DNA from: an uncultured Victivallales bacterium
GTDB lineage: Bacteria > Verrucomicrobiota > Kiritimatiellia > UBA8416
NCBI GenBank assembly: GCA_964598575.1
Contig: CAZRCN010000001.1
Span: forward strand, 1 to 62,540
Reading direction: 5' to 3'
Length of the DNA: 62,540 nucleotides
Shown here: piece by piece, positions 57,048 through 62,540 of the stretch
How the letters are laid out: every line of letters begins with the position of its first letter
Numbering within the stretch: position 1 is the stretch's first letter
Notes under the pieces: model-generated
Database searches by the model: none
Seen by the model: only the letters and a program-made list of their open reading frames with translations
Told to the model about the DNA's origin: nothing
Program-made: the position numbers and the translations under genes

Positions 57048-59476
57048 GTGACACCACGCCAGAACGGAATGAAGAGAAAGTCAATTTTCTTGCCGCGCTC
57101 CGGGTCAGACTCATACCGTATCGCACGCCAGAAAAATGAAAATTTACGGAATCCATTAGGTTTACTGTCATATGTAATAAAAGGGACACTATCGATACTT
57201 ACCTGCCCCTGTAGTTTTTCGTAGTGCCATACACGCCAGAGAATGCGATGTCGGACATAGTCGTGCGGTTGATCTTCGGTGCCTACTTCTTGCTGGTAAT
57301 CATACAGTCTCCAAAGGATTGATGCTTCTTTTTTCACCGGGCCAGAATGTTGCCCAAACGTTTCCTTGCGATATTGCCACAGCGGGAAAAAGCGATTGGT
57401 CTCCAGCTCTCGTTGCAAATACCGCGTTCCCTCCACAACCGGACCATTTCGTGGTCCATATTGTGTGACTTCATAACGATGTCGATATAGCAACAGTAGC
57501 GAAAGGACGTCATGCTGAAGTTGCCGATATATATATTCACGATTCTGATCTGTTTCATCCTCCTGTAACGCCCACGGTTCTCGCTCTTGCTTTGAACGAG
57601 AAAACACAGGAAAGAAACCAGAGCGACTATACGTCTCTCCTTTTTTGTGATAGCCCCAAAGAAGAAAACTCGCGTTCTGGTGTCCGGTTTTCCTGTTACG
57701 TTGATATGTGTAAAAAGGCCACACCCACGAACCAGCAAACCGATTGCGATACGACCCAATCAAGGGCGTGAACCAGTACCTGAACTTTCCATCCTCAGGC
57801 GCATCTTGCCCTAAAAGTGGCGTATAGAAATACTGATTGCGCTTGTAGGCATACAATGGAACAAGATGACTTTGCGACAGCTCGTCGTCGGGAGTGCGCG
57901 TGTGTCCGTACAAGCCAGCCATAACGCGCGTCGTGCGGTTGGATCTCGCATCTATATGTTGCCACGATAAGAGCGGCGGAACCGCCTTCCATTTTTCTGA
58001 ACCTTTAGTCCACGTGGACCATAGTGGCGTCAGTGTCGTATTCTTTTCAGGATTCCGGTAATAGATAGGAATGAGATGCGACGGCAATTGGTTCTCGCCA
58101 AGACCAAAACGCCCCAATCCCAAAGCGAACCAATAGTCTCGAATGGCATCATCACGTAGTTGCCAGGAAAGCAAGGGCGGAATGGCAAAGAATGATGTGT
58201 CATCGCCTTCATCCAAATGTACATACAAGGGCGTTATTGTTCTGTGTCTACCATCTGCATAACGTGTTACTGCACCCAAAGGGGTGATCCAGGCCGAGGA
58301 TTCTGGTGACGTCCTTCGCAGATAAAGCGGTATCACAGAATGCCAAACAGCTTCGCCTTCCCGCCCGCCTTTTTGAAAAAATGGTGTCAACAGGGTTCCT
58401 GATGCCGCATCACTATACACAAGCGGAAACAAATAGCTTGCGCTGCGCCCCTCGCCTTGACTGAGTCGGCCAAGCGGCCCCAAAACATGCCAGTTCGTGA
58501 CCGCTGGTTTTCGAGACCGCCAGGACAAAAGAGGAGGCACCGCATCAAATCCGTACCCATCGCCATCTTTCTTTCGCATGTATAACGGACTTGTAAAGGT
58601 ACTGGCACCACTATTTTGGCGCGAACCGCCGCCTAATAACGTGTAAAACCCGAATCCCGACGAAGCGCTCCAGCGATAATACAAAGGGAAAATCATATTC
58701 CACTTTTTGTCATCTGCGCCAGCAGAGCCATGCTGGTAAATGGGCGTGATGAGCAAAGACCGATCAACATCTTTGCTGTATACATACAGCGGAAATAGCC
58801 AGCCATACTTTTCACCATCCTTGCCCTCCCGCGACCACCCAAAAGGAAGTGATATAAAGTATTGCCGTTTCCCTTCATACGTGCGCGTCGCATACAGGGG
58901 GAACACACGCCCTGCGCTAACATTGGGACCATAGGCAAATCGTGCCAAGGGCCAAGCAAGATGCAGGATATGCCGCGAAGCTTCATTTTTCCTGGATGCC
59001 TTATCATAGATCCATAACGGGAAGAGTGCATTACTGCCATCCTCACCCAAAAATGGGTCATCAAAGTGCCAATAGAGTGGAAATAGTACAAAATGGTTCT
59101 TTCCGCTGAATATGGGGAAGAAATAATATTGGTCTCGCTGGAAGTCAAAGCGTCCAAACGGCCACAAGACATGATGCACGGGGTGATGACGCTCTAACCC
59201 TCGAACCGTGTAAAGCGGCCGTATGGCAAGATGATCAGGTGATTTCTCAAATATCGGCCATAAAACAGAGAGGGCAGGTTTACGGTAATAGGCGAGTGGC
59301 CATAATGCCACCCGATCTTCTACATTACCTTCTCGTTCTGTCCACTCCCCGGTATAGAATGGCGTTCCTTTCATCGCCTGCGTGGCACACCCAGTTTGAA
59401 AGATCAACCCCGAGAACAAAGCCACGAATACCATCAACCGGAATACCAAGCCCGCCCTACCTATACCATGTTTCAT
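57044..59476 (-). CDS. Large repeat protein (810 aa), probable lipoprotein, with more than 30 copies of an x-P-[LIF]-aromatic motif
   Basis: GAAAGGTG RBS. Signal peptide plus Cys (LFSGLIFQTGC). Repeats every ~20-25 aa: WPLAYY, FPLYWH, FPLWIY, FPLYAT, FPLYVY, FPLYYR, PPLLSW (three times), IPIYYR, VPLYAY, WPFYTY, FPLWQY, IPFWRG. GC is ~40-48% by line counts. Confidence 0.6.
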   Translation of the reverse strand: MKHGIGRAGLVFRLMVFVALFSGLIFQTGCATQAMKGTPFYTGEWTEREGNVEDRVALWPLAYYRKPALSVLWPIFEKSPDHLAIRPLYTVRGLERHHPVHHVLWPFGRFDFQRDQYYFFPIFSGKNHFVLFPLYWHFDDPFLGEDGSNALFPLWIYDKASRKNEASRHILHLAWPLARFAYGPNVSAGRVFPLYATRTYEGKRQYFISLPFGWSREGKDGEKYGWLFPLYVYSKDVDRSLLITPIYQHGSAGADDKKWNMIFPLYYRWSASSGFGFYTLLGGGSRQNSGASTFTSPLYMRKKDGDGYGFDAVPPLLSWRSRKPAVTNWHVLGPLGRLSQGEGRSASYLFPLVYSDAASGTLLTPFFQKGGREGEAVWHSVIPLYLRRTSPESSAWITPLGAVTRYADGRHRTITPLYVHLDEGDDTSFFAIPPLLSWQLRDDAIRDYWFALGLGRFGLGENQLPSHLIPIYYRNPEKNTTLTPLWSTWTKGSEKWKAVPPLLSWQHIDARSNRTTRVMAGLYGHTRTPDDELSQSHLVPLYAYKRNQYFYTPLLGQDAPEDGKFRYWFTPLIGSYRNRFAGSWVWPFYTYQRNRKTGHQNASFLLWGYHKKGETYSRSGFFPVFSRSKQEREPWALQEDETDQNREYIYRQLQHDVLSLLLLYRHRYEVTQYGPRNGPVVEGTRYLQRELETNRFFPLWQYRKETFGQHSGPVKKEASILWRLYDYQQEVGTEDQPHDYVRHRILWRVWHYEKLQGQVSIDSVPFITYDSKPNGFRKFSFFWRAIRYESDPERGKKIDFLFIPFWRGVT

Positions 59477-59765
59477 CTTCGCACCTTTCTCGTTCAGGCA
59501 TGCATGCTGCTGTCCCTATGGCACACGTTTTCATATTCTTCTCGCGCTATCTTGTCTTGATCTGTCCAGAACTCTGCCCCGACAGTCGGGTTAATCAATG
59601 TTGTATAACCTACGTGCAGCGGATGGGTTATTCTTCCCTGCAACCTGAAACCGGCGGTCATTCCTTGTCGCTGACAGCAACTTTCCGCAATAGGAATCAG
59701 TATAAATTCGTGCTATCGTTATGCAATGCAAATGCGTGTAGTTTCAAAACAAGGTATAAGGAGAG

Positions 59766-60001
59766 ATGGAAGCATGGATACAGCAACTTGGCACCACGTA
59801 TGCTAGAGGGCGACTTTGCGCCCGGTTTCTATGTGAAGCACTTTATCAAGGATATGTCGATAGCAGCAGATTTCGCAAAAAAAGATGGGACTGGATGCGG
59901 CCGGCTTGTCTCTCGCCTTGTCGCTGTATCAAGCATTGGCTGAGCAAGGCCATGATGACGACGGAACCCAGGCATTATACCGCCTATATGCAGAGAAATA
60001 G
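59766..60001 (+). pseudogene. 3' remnant of a 3-hydroxyisobutyrate / tartronate-semialdehyde reductase-family gene, 5'-truncated and frameshifted
   Basis: First frame: W..SNLAPRMLEGDFAPGFYVKHFIKDMSIAADFAKK. After an A7 run (59877-59883) the match continues in the next frame: MGLDAAGLSLALSLYQALAEQGHDDDGTQALYRLYAEK, then a stop at 59999-60001. The ~215 N-terminal codons are missing, because the space is occupied by the opposite-strand gene ending at 59476. Confidence 0.6.
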
Positions 60002-60104
60002 GGTAGGCAGAACGCACCTGCCGGAAATACTCCTGGCCGATTATGCAGCTATGAACGAACTGAAGCTAGGGCCGGGATAGACATTGCTGCCAGAGATCGA
60101 AAAG

Positions 60105-60902
60105 CTATTCTCGATCCTCGAGATGCGTCCCACTAAACGGGTTGGATGACAGGACCTGGCTGATGGCCTTGTTGATCGTCGCGATCTCTGCGTTTGTGAG
60201 AGTAGTCGGGGGTGACACAGATGCAAGGTCGACATGTACAAGCGCACGAAGGAAGGTGGCGGCGATCAAGTAGGATCCCTTTTCAGAGGCGTGCGATCCA
60301 TCTCGCGCATGGAGCGCGCGGCCAAGTTCGATATCGCGGTGGCGTACAGCCTGCCACACCTGCCCCACCGGGATAACGCTGGCACCCGCCTCATGGCCTG
60401 CATCCGCGTAGGCGCGCGTCAGATGCGCCTGCATGGCATCAAAGTCGGGACTTCGCTTTAGCGCCGCACGGTCTCCGTCACGTCGTCCCCACGTTTCATA
60501 CAGCACCGGGGTTGCTCCGGCCGACCGAATCCACCGAACCAGCGTCATGATCGACCGACGGTGTTCCCGGTACATCGCGCTGCCGGCGTCAAACGTTGGT
60601 AGCCGGCTCTGCTCCTGGAGCACAACGTAGTCCCACTTGCGCGATGCAATCAAACGTTCGACGGCGGGATCCGCCACATGGCGGCTCAGCGTCCAGCCGC
60701 CAGCAGTCCGGTATGCAAGGTGTGCATCCGGCGCGACCTCTGCCATGAAGCCGTTGAACGTGTTGCGCAAGTTTTCCGTATAGCTGTTACCGATGAACAG
60801 AATATTCAATGTTCCTGTCTCCCGTGACGCGGCAGTTTCTGCTGCCGCGACTGTCAATACAAGGACCGCACGCAGGATGCGGCTGCTCACTGTTGTTGTC
60901 AT
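60105..60902 (-). CDS. Secreted SGNH/GDSL-like hydrolase-fold protein (DUF4886-like)
   Basis: Signal peptide ILRAVLVLTVAAAETAA. ILFIGNSYT block I, DYVVLQEQS. GC is ~67% in a spot count, higher than its neighbours. Confidence 0.55.
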   Translation of the reverse strand: MTTTVSSRILRAVLVLTVAAAETAASRETGTLNILFIGNSYTENLRNTFNGFMAEVAPDAHLAYRTAGGWTLSRHVADPAVERLIASRKWDYVVLQEQSRLPTFDAGSAMYREHRRSIMTLVRWIRSAGATPVLYETWGRRDGDRAALKRSPDFDAMQAHLTRAYADAGHEAGASVIPVGQVWQAVRHRDIELGRALHARDGSHASEKGSYLIAATFLRALVHVDLASVSPPTTLTNAEIATINKAISQVLSSNPFSGTHLEDRE

Positions 60903-61195
60903 AAAATCATCATGCGCAATCCGACCGCCGCGTCAAGGCATTAGTCATTCAAGGTCTATCGCCGATTCCATCTCTTAGACTCCGTCCATCTCTTGCGCCT
61001 GCTCGCTCTGGCTCATTGCGGCAATCCAACGGATGCAGTCGTCTATAGGTTGGGCTCAAGAGATTCGGGATCTTGAGGGAAAGGAGTTGGTCCGGGCAAC
61101 ATGCCTTGGAGAAGTCAAGATGTTGGGTGACATCTTCGCCTGAATCAAGCGCCTTGTCGAAGTCGATTCCGTGCTTGCGCTTGTTGGCAGTCCCG

Positions 61196-61597
61196 CTATG
61201 GATTGAATACCTTCAGCTTCAGATCCTTGATAGGTTTGAAGTGTTTTGCGTTGCTCGAACATAACACCATATTATTCTCTGCCGCAGTCGCCGCGATGAG
61301 CGCATCCCCCGCTCTGATTCCATGCGACAATGAATACGCTTCGATGTAGACCGTGGCACGGTGGCCGATATTGCCGGAAAGCGGGAGAGTCCGGAAGCCG
61401 AAGTCCTGCAGGAATTGCTTGGTATATTCATGCTGTTGCTTGTTAGCCGCCCCCTGAAGCAGTTCCAGATAGGTCTGTACTGAAAGGAAACGAGCTTCTT
61501 CTCGCTCGACCAAGCGGGCTGCTTTGCGGTTGCCTTTCTGAATCCAAATAAAGATATCAGTATCAAAGATCACGATAGCGGCCTCCGCGAAGTGCAT
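61196..61597 (-). CDS. vapC: PIN-domain toxin (VapC family)
   Basis: IVIFDTDIFIW (first acidic residue), TYLELLQG, GDALIAATA, SSNAKHF. The start is ATG 61597, or GTG 61573, which lies 9 nt after GGAGG and overlaps the antitoxin stop by 11 nt. Confidence 0.75.
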   Translation of the reverse strand: MHFAEAAIVIFDTDIFIWIQKGNRKAARLVEREEARFLSVQTYLELLQGAANKQQHEYTKQFLQDFGFRTLPLSGNIGHRATVYIEAYSLSHGIRAGDALIAATAAENNMVLCSSNAKHFKPIKDLKLKVFNP

Positions 61598-61799
61598 CCA
61601 TTTCCGCCTCAACGGATTGCCGTGACGATCGCATATTAAAAAAAGGGTGCTCAGACACCTTTGTATGGGTACATTTCGCATTTGCCATCAAGACGCCCTT
61701 GGTTTTGCCCCGGTAGAGAATGTCTACATTTTCGTTACGGTCCAAGGCTTTCAGGACATCATGCATGTGGTACCTGAGATCGACTACTGTTGCCTGCAT
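61563..61799 (-). CDS. Phd/YefM-family antitoxin
   Basis: MQATVVDLRYHMHDVLKALDRNENVDILYRGKTKGVL is the Phd/YefM N-terminal pattern. It lies immediately upstream of, and overlapping, the PIN gene. Confidence 0.7.
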   Translation of the reverse strand: MQATVVDLRYHMHDVLKALDRNENVDILYRGKTKGVLMANAKCTHTKVSEHPFFNMRSSRQSVEAEMDALRGGRYRDL

Positions 61800-62108
61800 G
61801 GAAATTTCTCCTCATGTATATTGATACTATGCAGGATGCTATTGTCTTTGTCAAGTCGACAACGTTGTGAATCGGCCTTGACACGCGAGCGGCAATAACC
61901 TGCATTCATCTTGTTTAGCCTCTTTCAGGAATCCACTGGAAAATACATACATGCAAGGCACCTCTTGGAAGAGGTTCGTGCGTGGGTTTTTGGCAGTTTG
62001 TGTTTAGCGTGCCCGCCATAGCCCTGAGCTTGTCGAATGGGCGCGTCTGCGTCTGGGCGCCCATTCGTACTCAGATTGCGTAGGGGCATACCGGTTGTGG
62101 TGAAACAC

Positions 62109-62351
62109 TTACCGATGGAAATGGGTGTCCGCACCAGCATGGAAGAGATATTCAAGTCCATTGGTTTTGATTGTGTGAACGGTGTCAAGCATTCTACCGA
62201 GTTCGCCGTTCGGCAATCCCTTCTGCTTGAACCATACAACGTACGCCTCTGGCAGATCCACCAGCCGCCGCCCCGCATATTTCCCAAAGGGCATGACGGC
62301 CTTCGACAGCTTGACAAAGGCTTCCGGATCGGGTTGGACTTCCTCACTCAT
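62109..62351 (-). CDS. DUF3820-family small protein
   Basis: ATG at 62351. MPFGKYAGRRLVDLPEAYVVWFKQKGLPNGELGRMLDTVHTIKTNGL matches the DUF3820 pattern (MPFGKYKG..l.DLP..Yl.Wf...GfP.G.LG..L). Confidence 0.6.
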   Translation of the reverse strand: MSEEVQPDPEAFVKLSKAVMPFGKYAGRRLVDLPEAYVVWFKQKGLPNGELGRMLDTVHTIKTNGLEYLFHAGADTHFHR

Positions 62352-62540
62352 GCACACAATCTTTCACGATAACCAAGCTGTTGGCAATAGCGGAATTTCT
62401 GCAGGTAATCATTTCTGCGCTCCATTCGCGCCATGCGTGTAGGCTTGCTGGCCTGGGGTATGCTCGTTTGGTGCGGTTCCCTTCACGTAGCGCCGGTGCA
62501 ATGGCGTGCCCTGGGGACGGAGAGTGGCCGTTATACCCTT

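Noticed and set aside
61056-61264. ORFs 61056..61262 (minus) and 61073..61264 (plus), which overlap the end of the PIN gene.
   Set aside because: Both overlap the confident vapC frame and show no motifs. The only suggestive reading in this area is the start-less toxin-antitoxin-like frame reported as a low-interest finding.
62034-62067. An 11-bp-stem hairpin (CGAATGGGCGC ... GCGCCCATTCG) 42 nt downstream of the DUF3820 gene.
   Set aside because: No U-tract follows on the minus strand. It might be a Rho-dependent or stabilising structure, but I cannot support calling it a terminator.
62409-62540. An edge-truncated minus-strand ORF ending ...KGITATLRPQGTPLHRRYVKGTAPNEHTPGQQAYTHGANGAQK*.
   Set aside because: Only 43 codons are visible and no motif is recognisable, so it cannot be called.

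Overview
This is a 62.5-kb, densely coding chromosomal segment, transcribed mostly from the minus strand. GC is roughly 57-63% by my spot counts of single 60-nt lines. I call 47 CDS, one pseudogene remnant, three intrinsic terminators and several repeats or structured elements. I saw no rRNA, tRNA, CRISPR array, transposase or integrase. The taxon cannot be determined from the sequence alone. The gene content suggests a Gram-negative-type polysaccharide degrader: GH31, a heparinase II/III-like protein, a GH29-like protein, uronate and sugar-acid genes, lipoboxes and MacB/FtsX-type ABC parts.

Housekeeping blocks:
- parE-parC-like type IIA topoisomerase
- purE-purK
- valS
- cimA, aspartate kinase and hom

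Metabolic modules:
- larE, a KdgK-like kinase, a LarA-like gene and larB (nickel-pincer cofactor genes, no larC in the window)
- a glucuronokinase-like GHMP kinase followed by galU
- a NamZ-like gene translationally coupled to a fused MurU-AmgK gene (MurNAc salvage)
- a DHDPS-family enzyme followed by an alpha-ketoglutarate-semialdehyde-type dehydrogenase
- an aldo/keto reductase and a Zn-dependent dehydrogenase
- an M42 peptidase followed by an MLE-subgroup enolase-superfamily enzyme

The strongest candidate for an undescribed system is an eight-gene, ~13-kb minus-strand operon at 36862..49822. It encodes two different ABC ATPases and a minimal FtsX permease. It also encodes a 1706-aa protein that fuses a degenerate M28-like, coiled-coil ectodomain to two FtsX/MacB-type permease modules. 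The remaining genes are two ~670-aa polytopic membrane proteins, a PqqD-like protein and a 328-aa soluble protein. An M24 aminopeptidase gene follows it.

Other notable signals:
- a 53-bp dispersed repeat with a hairpin, present twice
- a 27-bp-stem structured element whose G-U asymmetry favours the plus strand
- phased TGTNCACAAC repeats upstream of the MurNAc operon
- a possibly overlooked 57-aa lipoprotein gene
- a low-GC 810-aa repeat lipoprotein gene coupled to an SrkA-like kinase gene
- a mosaic right end with a frameshifted gene remnant and a VapC/Phd-type toxin-antitoxin pair

All family assignments come from by-eye motif recognition. No searches were run.
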